Source of the DNA: Antedon mediterranea
Taxonomy: Eukaryota > Animalia > Echinodermata
Direction: 5' to 3'
Assembly: GCF_964355755.1 (NCBI RefSeq)
Contig: NC_092670.1
Span: forward strand, 7,740,201-7,804,200
Length of the DNA stretch: 64,000 nt
In this document: in pieces, positions 10,631 to 23,506 of the stretch
Numbering within the stretch: the stretch's first letter is position 1
Layout: every line of letters begins with the position of its first letter
Made by a program: the position numbers and the translations under genes
The notes under the pieces: model-generated
What the model saw: the letters and a program-made list of their open reading frames with translations, nothing else
Database searches by the model: none
What the model was told of the DNA's origin: nothing

Positions 10631-12989
10631 GCTTGACAGACTTTACGGTTAATATGCAAGTTTACCATAAAATGAATACAGTCAGTCAAATGTATGCTGT
10701 CCATTGTAGTCTCATTTTCTTGTAATTGCTTCTTATATTCTCTATTGATGTAATCTATTATATTCATTAACTTTTAATGTATTATTCATTCGAAGTTACA
10801 TTTTACTGTCTCTAGAATTTCATGTAGATGATGTTGGCTTCTTCCTTAAGAAAATATTACAAGAACAATGTATATGATTAAAACTGAATGATGATGATTT
10901 AAAAACAATAAACTGCCTGTTTGTAACAATGCAATAGGCCCTTTCACAGTAAATAAGTAAATCTGATGTTAATAATTAACATTAAATAATTAAAGAACAT
11001 AATATCACAATTTCATTGACAGCACAACACATTTATTAAACAAAATATTTCACCTTTAGTATATGACAAATAGAAGTCAAAACCTGTTGATGAATCATAA
11101 TGGTATGGATCTTATGGAAGATACGATAAACGATATTTAGTTTAGAGATGATATACATATTGCACAATTTACTTTAAATCGTCTGCATTTCGCACCTACT
11201 CCGTTTGTATTTCAAGCGCTGAATTCCGTGGTCTGAACAGCGCTCCAAAGATCATTTCAGTAGGAGCAAAATTGCAGTCGCGCTGAAATCGCATAGGCTT
11301 TGAATATGAGAACTTTATCCATGCGGCTGAGTTCAAAGCACTGTTAGGCATATGTCTTGCATTGAAAACCATGATAAAATTACAGTATACATCATTATAT
11401 AACAGTTTTAAACATACCCCTCCTCTATCAAAACTATCTATATCCGGCAGATTATTCAGTTGTCCCCGTCGTGAGCCATTTCTCACGACAGAGGCTAGCC
11501 TGTGAACACATTAGTATAACATTAGTATATACCATTATGTCACAGATGAACCGTATAAACACACAAGCTACACGATTACATAAGACCACAGTAATCGGAA
11601 AATAATTCTACATTCGTTAGTAAAATAAACTTCCTTGTTGTTGTTACCTATTTAATGTAAATGGCGCCGCTTACGACAAGAACGTTTTGCGTTCATGTTT
11701 ATCGTTTCCAGCTCATTGTGTTGGCAATATTTGTTGTATTAATATCGGGATTGTGTTTATTAATATCTTTGTAGTCTCAATATTACTTCTGGGAAACCTT
11801 TACTTATCGTCAGCCTTATTTAGCACCGGTTTATTTAGGCATAACACGTCAACAACTACAGTATATGATGCTGTATTTCTATTTTCTATTCAGAAAAATA
11901 GAATAATCTAATTTAAAAATACATAAAAATCAAGATGATATTTTGTCCTGTAAATTGTTGAGATACGACGTTTTGAATAATAACAATTATTTATAGTTTA
12001 CATAATAAGCAACAGATCAGGTTAGGAATTTAATAAACAATCTAGAAATTAACAAGACTTTTAACCCAGAATCCATAACAAATTTAATTGTATTATGGGA
12101 GATAGAAAACAACTTTAAACGCAAAAACTAATGAAAGTGCTAGTATATTGCAAGCATTCGTGCCATCTATTCTCATTACGTAGACTTTTGATTGATGTTT
12201 TAACGACGTTTACATAGCCATAGGAAGTTTTTTTTATCGATACCCTGCATTTTTTCTTATTAACGCTTCCGTTTGAAACCATGGTCGTTACGCATATACA
12301 GTATAGATAAAATTGTCAAGGCAAAGCTGAAAAAGAAATATATTTATATATTAATCTATATTAGACAGCGTAGCCTTGTATTTCATATTTATCATCTAAA
12401 AACCGTGAATAAGATGACTGCCTTGGACCATTATTTTGTTTTATCATATTAAAAAAACGTCTGAAACGGAACATAAAACCAAACTATCAATAAACATATT
12501 TGACCATTTTTTTTCAAATATGTTTAAATTGAATTTCTTAAATGGAACTCATTGACTCAACAAGAACGAGTCATCTTTGTACCAACCGACGAAGCAAGGA
12601 CGAATTAAGTTTTTATAAAATCTGAAAATTATGTAAACATAATGTTGTTTTTATGTTTTAACTTTGTTTTATTCTTGATTGGAAGCTTTGTTATAACTAC
12701 CGTGTTATAGTCTGTGTATAAGACAATGACAGTGTAAAAGCCCAGACGTCACCGTGGATGGAGTTTTACTAAATATTTAATGACTTACAATCGTTAAACA
12801 CGTAACTGTTTGAAATCAACAATTAGAATTGAAGGAGCAGATTGATTGCTCCGGTAAATTATTGTTTTCTAATTTACATAAACGAGACTCGAGAGTAGCC
12901 TAAGTTTTGGTGAATTTACGAAAAACTGGGCTTATTTCAAACATTTTCGTTCTGTTTTACTGCTCTCGAAAAATAGGGTTATTATCAAT

Positions 12990-15150
12990 GCTGTTGTTGT
13001 CGATGATAATGATGATGAGGTAAATGATGATGACGATGGTGGTGTTGATGACGATGATATTGTTGATGACAACGACCACGATGATGACGACTGATTGAGA
13101 ATAATGATAGTGCTAATGACGATGACGATGGTGACGATGATCTTGAAAACTTGAATGGTTTAATTTTTTACTGAATATATGATGGCAGAGAAAGTGAAAA
13201 TTATTATTTGTGATGATGATGATGATAATTATGATGAAAATAATAGTGTTGATAATGACGATGATGATGACGACCACGATGATGACGACTGATTGAGAAT
13301 GATGATGGTGCTAATGGCGATGGTCTTTGAAAATTGAATTGTTCTTTAAATTTTTTACTGAATGTATGGTGGCAGAGAATGTGAAATTAACTATTTTTAT
13401 GATGGTGATGGTGGTGTTGATGATTATGGAGATGATGGTTGTGTTGATGATGATGATAGTGATGGTGGTGTTGTTGATTATGATGATGATGATGATGGTG
13501 TTGATGATGTTGATGATGATAATGATGATGATGGTGGTGTTGATGATGATAATGATGGTGGTGTTGTTGATTATGATGATGATGGTGTTGATGATGTTGA
13601 TGATGATAATGATGATGGTGTTGATGATGATAATGATGGTGGTGTTGTTGATTATGATGATGGTGTTGATGTTGATGATGATGATGGTGGTGTTGATGCT
13701 GATGATGATAGTTGTGTTGATGATGATGTATTAGTATTATATGCAATTTTAATGTTTATACACATTTGATTCTAAATGTTTTTTATACAATCAGTGCAAT
13801 AGGAGACCTACTAGATAGTGATTAAGTTCGCTTTTTAGGAATCATGTCTCTCCCTGGTTTTGTGTGATGTTTTCTTGTTTTTTGTCCATGTTTTTTTATA
13901 TTGTATTTTTTTGCGAAAAAAATAAATGAAATGAAATGATGATGATGATTATGGAGATGATGGTTGTTTTGATGATGATGATAGTGATGGTGGTGTTGTT
14001 GATTATGATGATGGAGATGATGGTGTTGTTGTTGTTTATGATGATGATGTTGATGATGTTGAAGATGATGGTGTTGGTGATGATGGAGATGCTGGTGGTG
14101 TTGATGATGATTATGATGATGATGATGATGGTGGTGTTGTTGTTTATGATGATGATGTTGAAGATGATGGTGCTGGTGATGATGATGATGATGGTGGGGA
14201 TGATGATGATTATAATAGTGTTGATGATAATGACGATGGTGATGATCTTTGAAAACTGAATTGTTTTCTTTCATTTTATATTAATATGATGGCAGGGAAC
14301 ATGAAATTAACTATTTTTTATGATGGCGACAACGTACAATAGATAATAATGATGGTGTTATTGTTAACAATCACGATGGTAATGATGATCAATTATTTTA
14401 TATATGGTGGCAGGAAACGTGGAATTAACTATTTTTGAAGATGATGATGATGATGATGATAATTATGACAACGATGATGATGATGGTGTTGTTGCGAGGG
14501 CGTGTGGCGCAGGGTGTTGTGGACTACTGATCGTGAGACCGAGGTTCGAATCCAACTCTCGCAGCATATCCTTAGGCAAGATACTTTACTTACGTTTGCC
14601 TCTCTCCACCCAGGTGTATAAATGGGTACCCGGTTAGATCAAGACACAACTTTGCGCTGATTACTAACTGCATTATGGGAGTATGTTTCTATACGTGTTT
14701 GATCCAAAAAATGACTGGGGTAATAATGTTCAGCGCATTGAAAGCTTGCTTATATGCGCTATATAAGAATGAACTATTACTGCATTATTATTATTGATGG
14801 CAGTGTTGATGATGACGGCGATAATATTTATTATTATGATTTGATTAATGATGATGATGAGATGACGATGGTGATGAATGGTTCTTTCAATATTTTACTA
14901 AATATATGATGCCAGATAATGCTAAATTAACTATATTTGATTATGATGACATTGAGGATGATATTATATGATGATGATGATAATTTTGATGATGATTATT
15001 ATGATGATGATAATCATACTTACGACGATGTTGATGATAATGAGAATGATGATGTTGAAGATGATAGTTATGATATTGATTATTATGATGATGACGATGT
15101 TGATGATAATGGTGATATTGATGATGATGATGATGATAATAATGATTTAT
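12990..15150. repeat. Large degenerate (GAT)n/(GGT,GTT) low-complexity array with a recurrent approx. 75-bp spacer
   Basis: Read directly. Source of the poly-M, poly-D and poly-H ORFs. Spacer GAAAA(C/T)TGAATTGTT...ATGRTGGCAG..AA.GTGAAATTAACTATTT recurs five times. Confidence 0.95.
14493..14795 (+). mobile_element. Full-length tRNA-derived SINE with CORE/MIR-like central domain and L2-type 3' tail
   Basis: A-box-like TGGCGCAGGG (14505), B-box GGTTCGAATCC (14543-14553), core CCTTAGGCAAGATACTTTAC...CCTCTCTCCACCCAGGTGTATAAATGGGTACC, tail AGCGCATTGA...GCGCTATATAAG plus (TAT)n. A second copy lies at 6398-6508. Confidence 0.85.
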
Positions 15151-16509
15151 GTAATGTAATGTTTTGGGTAAATACAAAATACCCACACAAAGGATAAAAT
15201 ACAAACGATAGGAAAAGTAGTAATAATAATAAAAACACCGATAACATTCAATTACCCCTAGGCATAGATCATACAGATACGTGAATTGAATTGCACATGT
15301 AGTATAATTCAAACAATTAAAATTGAAAATTGATTAACCTAATGAACATTATATATAAAACCTGTAGGCCTATTATAAAGTAAGATTAATATTTTTCTAA
15401 TAAGACAATTTATGAAAGAGGAAAAACATGATGTATTGTATTATGCTCTCTAGTGGTTGCTGTTGGCGACGATTGTCGATATACTATGCACATCAGGGAT
15501 GTAAAATAAACCAGAAATTCTTTGAAAGTAGTTTTAGGTTATTGTTGTTGTTATTAGTATCATTGTTTTCGCTCAGAAATACATCCAATGGCGGTGTACA
15601 GCATAGTGATGGAAGAAAAATACTCAAGCATTTTGGATAAAAGATAATTTTTAAGATGTGACGGGAAAGTCTGAATTCCTCACTTTGTTCGGCAAGCGAT
15701 TTCAAAGTTTCGGAGCAACAACACTGAACGATCTGTCTGATAAAGGCATCAACAAAAAATAAAATGTTTTAATTAATGACATTCATATTGTCTAAACGCT
15801 TGTTACTAGATATTGAGTGACAGTAGCACATGAAAGACAAGTTAAAACTGTAGCATAACCACTTTAAGATAATGTTGTGTCATGTCAATTGTATGCTGCT
15901 GTGATGGCGCTAGTTACAATCCGTTATGCTCTACCCGTCGTCCACTGTGATTAGAGGGTTGAATCCGGTATGCTGTATGCACGAATAGTATATACCGGTT
16001 CTCTAAATCAAATTCAGACGATATTTACTGTTTTCGATTTTTACACATACATTGTTTGTAAGCATCTCTATAGTGAGTGTAATACTGCATAAATCATAAA
16101 CACGTGGTGTTGTGGGAAACAGCTTTATTTATATGTAATCCAGTCATACTCAGTTTGTATATGTGCAAACACAATGTTAACATAAAACTATACCTAAAAC
16201 CACAATTAACATAGAATTGTTGTGTCTCATTTCTTATGCAGTAAAAATATATAAGGATAACAATGGTTCACATTCTGTTAACTTATCGCTAACGTAGAAG
16301 ATATATGTACATTAGTTTTTGTAAATATTAAGCTTGTTCATGCCTTGGTATTGAGTGAAGAAAACGCGTTCCTACGCAATATTAACGCGATAGCTGTAAT
16401 AAATTGTAATAAAGTGCGAAGGTGTGCGATAATTACAGTACAGTCTCATAGATTTTTTAAAGTGTTGAAAAAACGCGTTAGTACTTGACGTAAACTCGTT
16501 TTAAGCATG

Positions 16510-17580
16510 TCAACATACTGTCTCATATCCAGGTTCTTTATCTGTTTTTTTACAGTTAACCGACGAGCCATGGAAACTATCCGTTTCAATGTTCAGAAGC
16601 TGTCGAAGTTTGTATGGAAGACAGCCTTTTACGCCATTTCTTAATTGCTCATTAACAAACATGTATATTATCGGATTAGCACACGAGTTGGCGTACGCCA
16701 TCAGGACAAAACCCTGGTATGTAGCGGAGTAAAGATATTCTTCCTCTACCAGATCGAGTATGTAAGCGAAATGCAACACCTGATCAGGAGTCCAGCATAT
16801 AATAAAAATAACAACGACTATAATGACCATCCGTATCATTTTTCGTCTAGCTCTCATCAGCGAAACACCAGGGTTTCTAGATGACGTGTTACGTCGCATC
16901 AGATTGTCGGCTTGATTTTTTAAATTATAGATGATCTTCAAATTTACAACCACCATAATACACACGGGTAGGAAATATTGTAACATGAACAAACATACAC
17001 CAATAAAAATTCGGAACACTTCGTTAGGCCACTTGATTTGACATTTACAGTCTATAACATCGGTAATGTATATACTGTATGTATAAAATACGAAGGAGAA
17101 TAAACATACGGCCAGTACTATGTATTTCAATCTGGTTAATTTAAATATATACTTATATTTTGTTGGATGGATTACTGCAACATATCGATCAACAGTTAAA
17201 ACAGTTAAAAGCAGTACGGAAGCAAAAACAGATACCCACAGCAGTAAGGATGAAAAGATTACCTTGCAATATAAATTTCCCATTGTCGTATTTTCAACGT
17301 AATCTTTACGCGGGATCGGTATCATAGCAACTGATGAAATGAGATCGGCTGCTGCAAGGCAGACGATAAAATACGATGCAGAGTTACGTATTAGGTGCTT
17401 CTTTAGGTATACTGCTACCACAATACCATTACCAGAGATACCAAGAACGGCAAAGATCAGTCGGCACGTTGTCTCCCAATCCCAAAAGTTCTTCTTAATC
17501 TCATCTGATCGAGATATACATGGGTCATCATCAGGTGTAGTGAGATTCAAATAATCTGTCATAGAATATGTAACAGCCAT
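16510..17580 (-). CDS. Rhodopsin-family (class A) GPCR, galanin/allatostatin-A receptor-like orphan, 356 aa, uninterrupted CDS
   Basis: Seven hydrophobic helices. TM1 GISGN, TM2 LAAAD, TM3 Cys (YCK) and DRY, ECL2 Cys, TM5 YFLP, TM6 CWTP, TM7 NSCANPIIY, N-glycosylation sequon NLT near the N-terminus. Start context ATTATGG. Confidence 0.95.
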   Translation of the reverse strand: MAVTYSMTDYLNLTTPDDDPCISRSDEIKKNFWDWETTCRLIFAVLGISGNGIVVAVYLKKHLIRNSASYFIVCLAAADLISSVAMIPIPRKDYVENTTMGNLYCKVIFSSLLLWVSVFASVLLLTVLTVDRYVAVIHPTKYKYIFKLTRLKYIVLAVCLFSFVFYTYSIYITDVIDCKCQIKWPNEVFRIFIGVCLFMLQYFLPVCIMVVVNLKIIYNLKNQADNLMRRNTSSRNPGVSLMRARRKMIRMVIIVVVIFIICWTPDQVLHFAYILDLVEEEYLYSATYQGFVLMAYANSCANPIIYMFVNEQLRNGVKGCLPYKLRQLLNIETDSFHGSSVNCKKTDKEPGYETVC

Positions 17581-17940
17581 AATAATTACTTTTTAGCAAC
17601 ACTATACGTCTGTTGTGCAGGTCCGTTTTCGTAATTAGGCAAGTTTCCTTCATACGGCATACGAACGTTTTGATTGATTGGTTTAACGTCAATCTATTTT
17701 ATACCTCATAAAAGATATAATGAACATAATCCTCCTTGTAAGTTTTCTTGGGCTGAATACATCGTCTGCTATATGTTGTATACAAGAACACGAGTGATTT
17801 ACTCCGTTTCAAAATACTCTATTGTCACAACGATTTCCGGATTGAATAGCATGAAATACGCGGCAACTGGATCAACTAGATCTAACTCACTCGTCACCAT
17901 TGGTCCAGGATTGGTCTGCAAATCAAAAGAAAACAGAAAT
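17581..17940 (-). other. Probable 5' UTR part of the GPCR coding exon, with splice acceptor at 17916/17915 and uORF 17900-17799
   Basis: Minus strand ATTTCTGTTTTCTTTTGATTTGCAG|ACC is a strong polypyrimidine tract plus CAG. A candidate upstream donor AAG|GTAAGC lies at 19933/19932. Confidence 0.55.
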
Positions 17941-18358
17941 AAATCATATCAAAATAACTACTTATTTTCTGTCCAATGGTTTAATAATACTCTATGGTAA
18001 TGGACGTTTAGCGAATCATGTAATTAGGATCACGTATCTGATATTTTAGCATAATATAGCACACGTTACTAAAAAAATTATGACTACGTAAGTCTCATTT
18101 GTGACAACCTAATTAACATGTGGGAGTGCACGTATCTATCGCACCAGGAATCATAAAAATATGCGAAAGATGTACAGTACAACATAATTCATACATACAC
18201 TTTCTTCTTATTATTATTTATTTATTTTATTTATTTACTAGGTAATATGCCCGCGTGTAACATCAAACAGGGTAGACATTTTTACTATGAATTGTATAGA
18301 ACAACATCACCGGCTCTAGAAACACTAATTCTGCTGACAAGTCCAATCGGGAGTCCAA

Positions 18359-18494
18359 CGCTCTGTCTACACTATCAAACTTTATGTGTAAAAAAATGTG
18401 ATTTGCCAATGTATGACGATGATGACGTCATATAACTTACCATATTTGGGAACATCACACTTTTTTTTGGTCAAACTAGTTTGTAGACAGAGCT
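18359..18494. mobile_element. MITE family B (TIR AGCTCTGTCTACACTATCAAACT), PIF/Harbinger-like
   Basis: GCTCTGTCTACA...TGTAGACAGAGCT-TTA. Homologous copies at 23799-23910 and 39468-39549. Confidence 0.75.
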
Positions 18495-19026
18495 TTATTG
18501 CAAAGATTGTAAACGTGAACTTTAAATGGTCGTATTACCTAAAACATATTGCAGATGTTTATAAAATTACTGTACATAAATATTTAAACAAATAAATGAA
18601 CAGAACTCATCCGCAGCAGATAAGTACTTAGCTTAGTTAAATAATATTTTGGACCTAAGGTTATTGTTAATGACGGGATTGGGCCATATAAACGTGAACT
18701 TTAAATGGTAAAATTATTAAATACAGATAATGAATAAATTATCAAGTTAACTTTCACCTATGATGATTCAGTCAGACAGTACTAAGCGTCTCCATGAACC
18801 AATTAGTATAACAACCTGTTTATAAATATTCCAATTAACTTTGTGTTATTTCTGGCTAATTGGGATATTGCTAATTAGAGAATCTATAAAAGATCGGATG
18901 AGAAAAAAAGATGTAGACATTTTTAAGAATAAAAATAACTATTTTCTGTAAATTGACAATTGGATGGTTATTGAATAATATAATTATATTGTTTTAATAG
19001 TAGTAATAATAATAAATGTTTAAATA

Positions 19027-19085
19027 AATACAGAATACAGAATACAGAAATGTATTGGTCCAAAAGGAAATTCGTTTCGTTGACA
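19027..19085 (-). mobile_element. Extreme 3' remnant of a Rex1/Babar-like LINE
   Basis: Minus strand GAATTTCCTTTTGGACCAATACAT-(TTCTGTA)3 resembles the 3' end at 52242-52292 (GAATTTCCTTTTTGAGGATCAATAAAAG-(TTATC)n). Confidence 0.55.
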
Positions 19086-22000
19086 AGATCTCAAACAATG
19101 GAAAGGAAAAAAGGAAAGCAAAATGTAGCAATTTCAAGAATAAATAATAATGTGGTTGTTGAAAATTATTTTACTAAATTATTAATACGGTAATTAAAAC
19201 TGGTTTTAAATAAAAGAAAATATGCATAAAACATTAGTTAAAAGAAACTAATTTAAGTGATGATATTGAATTAATTGACACGTATACATATCATGAAATG
19301 ATATTAGTATTAGTTTATATTATTATTTGTGTTGCATAGTATAATATTGAAACGAATGATAATGACTTCTGTTCTGGTGGTCAACAAGAAAATGCAAATC
19401 ACTTAAAGGCGATTCAAACCATTGTCTTCAAGATTGTGAAACTATAAAAGACAAAGAGACAAAGAGCTAGCTCAATATTAATAATGGTTATTCGGTCACC
19501 AATGAATAATAGGATTGAGAATTTAGGCTAAAGCCCAATCAGATTCTGCACTCACTCCATAATAAAATACAGATAAAATAAAACATATAGGACTATATAC
19601 AAGAAAAATAAACAATTGTACCACAAATAAAACTATACATAACATGAAATAACATGTTTTGTCAAAGCATCCTTGAATATCAAAATTGGTGGTGAACTTT
19701 TTATGTAATTTGGTAGGCCTATTTGCTCCCATAGGAAACAAAATACAGAATTATAAGTATTGCCTTTCACTAGTTTCGATATACTCATTGAATGAATGTG
19801 GACAGTAACCTTTCAACACCTTAAATCCTACTAAGAGTTTATGTAATTTAAAAACGCCTTCAATAGATAATATTTCCAGAACTTGTGATGTGTCCCAAGA
19901 ACCTTTCTAAATATTATATCCTTGTTGCTTACCTTTGTATTATACTTGCTGTTCTATTATTACGAGACTTCTCAAATGGCTATCCTAACGTATTTGGAAG
20001 AGAGACAACACACGGCACAATAGTAAGTGAATTTTGGAAGGTTTTAGTAAGGTGACAAACTACGAGAATACTTACGAGAATCAGATAACAATGCAACCCA
20101 CGTTCTGTCGGAATAATTACAATTTGTAGTGATTTATCACGCTCATATGCATTCCTTCCTTCTTAGGTTATTGATAATAGGCCCTTAGTACTTCCCTGGT
20201 CTTAGATTACTAAAGATACGTTCCCCTTAGATACAGGCCAATATTTAACTACAAGTAAATGCTACAAAAATCATAATGAGGAAGATAATTTACAGACTAG
20301 GTCTATTTGGAAAATGTTGCCGTGTTAAATTGTTATTAATATTGCACGTAGACATAAACGTCAATTTGAAAGTAAATGATACCTTATGATTTACGATTAG
20401 AGATCTTTCGATTTTGAGATGGCCTAGAAACTAGGACTTACAACGTTAACGTTTCTGCTTATCAGTGGTATCCGCACAAGAAGGTAGGGCTATTAAACAA
20501 TGATCAACGAAAGTGAGAAAAAATTGAAACGAAAATGACTGTCAACGCGGAGAACAAAAATCGAAGTGGAGTAGTATTGAAGGAGTAATATATTATTCCA
20601 AATTAATCATAAACAATAATTGTAAAACATAATGTGAAAGTAGTTAGCATGAACAACATAATGCAGTTTGGATATTCCTGTATATAATTATGTATAGGCC
20701 TAGATTATATATATATTCAATAATGTTAATTGAAATCACTGAAAACCCATTACGGAGGAGTCATTGTACTAAAAGTAATTATTTCATAATATTATGTTTG
20801 ATAATCCTGAACAATACTCGACAATTGGGAAAATGATACGTAATAGTGCATGGTATCGAATGTCATCATACATAAGATTGCTTATCCGTCGTGTAAATGT
20901 GATAAAGAAATCACATATAAGTCTCATCACTAGTAATACGCTTCTTATACAATGCATGAATATCAATTAGCGATTTGGGGGAAATTCTAGGCTTTTAAAC
21001 ATTACATCATGATTGTAACATAGGGTTAATTCAGGAGAAATTTAATAACCTGGTAAGTTGGCCTCATAAACCATTATTTGCTACCTTTGGTAGGCAGGTC
21101 ACTAATATACCCGGATTATAAAATATAGTAAAATCTGATTAAAAGCAGGAATTTCATAGTTTTAATCAATATTTCCTTTTAAAACTGACCTCACAGAAAC
21201 AACGTTAAAATAAATATGAAAAAGAAATTAATCGAAAGCGAGTAAACGCCAAACATAACTTGCAATGTAATGGTTTGATTCGATAGCATTGTGTCTATTT
21301 TTACCCTCAAGGTATTTAGATAGAAGAAAATGTATAACCTTTTTTCGGTCTAAAACATTAACATCTTTATGTTCAGTTCCCGTCTTGGTGAAAACATTTT
21401 ATGTGAAATAATAATTTATATTTCACAAATCTCATTAAAGAACCATAGCAAAAACACTTTCAGATATGACTATACATGTACTACTAAAATTCCATTTTAT
21501 ACATGATAAGTAACATTAGGAGCTAGTTTGCTATATAAAAATATCTTATCATAAATTGGCTCACCGTATTAATACACATAAACACAAATACGTCGTCGTT
21601 TAACACAAGTAAAAAGCAATATACAGTTTTGGAAAAAGGTATTTGATTATAAAAAAATAATAAACAAAACTATGCATTTGAATTGCGTTCATAACAGAAT
21701 GAAGTATAAATTAAGAGAAAAATTGAGATTGAAAACATAATTTAATTATTAAAATATATTCACATATCTAGTTTCAAATACAAATAGATATAGTAACAAA
21801 GAAACTGAAAGCAATACCGTTACCATAGACTGGTTATAAAAAGGGCAAATAATTGTTATTGTTGCAGGTTTATAACTTATCAAAAGTAATACACAACATT
21901 ATTCTGTTTGATGTCTAGCGCAAGATATTGAAATATTTATATGCAAATAACTGTAAATACAATAATTATATTAAAATATTGTACATATAATTGCAAATAG

Positions 22001-22259
22001 TGCCACATAAAAATGAGCCGAATTATTGTTTTATAAAAACAATGAAACTAGGGAGTTGCAACAGCCGCTAGGAGTGAAAAGAGAAAACTATCAAGAATCG
22101 TATTGTAGTTTTGACGTATGGTCAAGAATTAATAAAATAAAAAGTGGTTCAGAATTGAGATTTTCAATTTAATCCGTGACCACATACCTAGTAGTGGTTG
22201 AAATTTGGTAAGATTCCGTCATTTAGTTTTGACGTTATCCTACTAACAGAGACATTATG

Positions 22260-23085
22260 AAACAAGGCCATATAGATGGCTGCAGTCGTGTGCTTAGTGT
22301 TTACCGACCGACCGACCAACCTACCAACTGACCGAAATTACTGAACATGTTTAAAAATGTTGAAATGTTTAAAAACAGTTATATTTTTTTAATTTACACG
22401 TGCGTAGCCTGTCACTTTTGACGTGCTCGTATAACGTAATTTCGAGTTGAAAAGTAAGTCAAGAAAACAGAAATCGGGCAAAAAGAGTGCGCAATAACAT
22501 TTAACGTGCAGTGCGCGCGCAAAAACGCTTAAAATTGCCTGAAACGTACTCTTATTTCATCGAAAATAAATTTTGAAAATTTTAAGCGCGCGTACGCATG
22601 CGTTACATGCGCTACGCACGTAATTTTATTGCCATATGATGATTTATGCCCTGAAATTTATGAGTACCAAATTTTATTTAATTGTGATTCATGGTTGTGA
22701 AGATATGATTACAAACGTGATTTCGTTAAATCGTGCGTAGACCGCGTAATTTTTTATTGCGCACCGTGAAAACATAACCACATCGATTCCTGGCCATAAG
22801 GAATATACTGTGAAAAATTGACTTAGCTAGATTAAACTGATATCAAGATAAGGTCAGAAAGCGATAAAACGCATAGTGATACCGGACCGACAGACCGACT
22901 GACCGACAGACCAACCGACCAACCGACATAGTGAACTATAGAGTCGCTTCCATGCGACTAAAGCTAGATTAAACTGATATCAAGATAGGGTCAGAAAGCG
23001 ATAAAACGCATAGTGATACCGGACCAACAGACCGACCGACCGACCGACATAGTGAACTATAGAGTCGCTTCCACGCGACTAAAAA
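22260..23085. mobile_element. Helentron/DINE-1-like (Helitron2-associated) non-autonomous element with tandemly duplicated terminus
   Basis: Starts AAACAAGGCCATATAGATGGC (hairpin). Contains (GACC/GACA)n microsatellites. Ends TATAGAGTCGCTTCCACGCGACT-AAAAA. The terminal segment occurs twice (22825-22961, 22962-23085). Confidence 0.7.
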
Positions 23086-23506
23086 GGTAGAGGCCTGTTA
23101 ATTTATCATGTCACAGACTCTTAAATGAATAGTGAACATAGCCATAGCAGCTGTTGATAGCCAACTCTAAATAAAATCGAATGATACGTAAGAGTTCATT
23201 GTAAATAAAAACTGAATTAATTACGTAATAAAAAGAATACGAAGTGATTAAGTGATACGATAAAAACATAATTTAACAGAGATCGTATATCTTAATTACG
23301 TTTTATATTATTGTTCACACTTGTTATTAAGCCTCTACTTAATTGAGTTTTAAGTTATGTTATTTTGTGATTTTCATTTTTAAAATATTTAATGCAAAAA
23401 TTAGTTTTAGTTTAGTTGTTTCAGCAAATACATTTTCAAATTGCTTCATGTTTTTACAAATAATATCTTTGATTAAATCTTCTTCTGCTGAAAAAAAGAA
23501 ATAAAG

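Noticed and set aside
14493-14565. tRNA gene
   Set aside because: A and B boxes are present, but the cloverleaf is incomplete and the sequence continues into a SINE core and tail. The same applies to 31480-31555 and 38140-38223.
13327-15312. Poly-Asp, poly-His and poly-Met ORFs (could suggest an acidic biomineralisation or metal-binding protein)
   Set aside because: Several frames on both strands are open simply because (GAT)n lacks stops there. No signal peptide or convincing splice context, and the tract is interrupted by a SINE and AT-rich modules.
16645-18000. Plus-strand ORFs overlapping the GPCR and its leader
   Set aside because: Antisense shadows of the real CDS, with no independent evidence.
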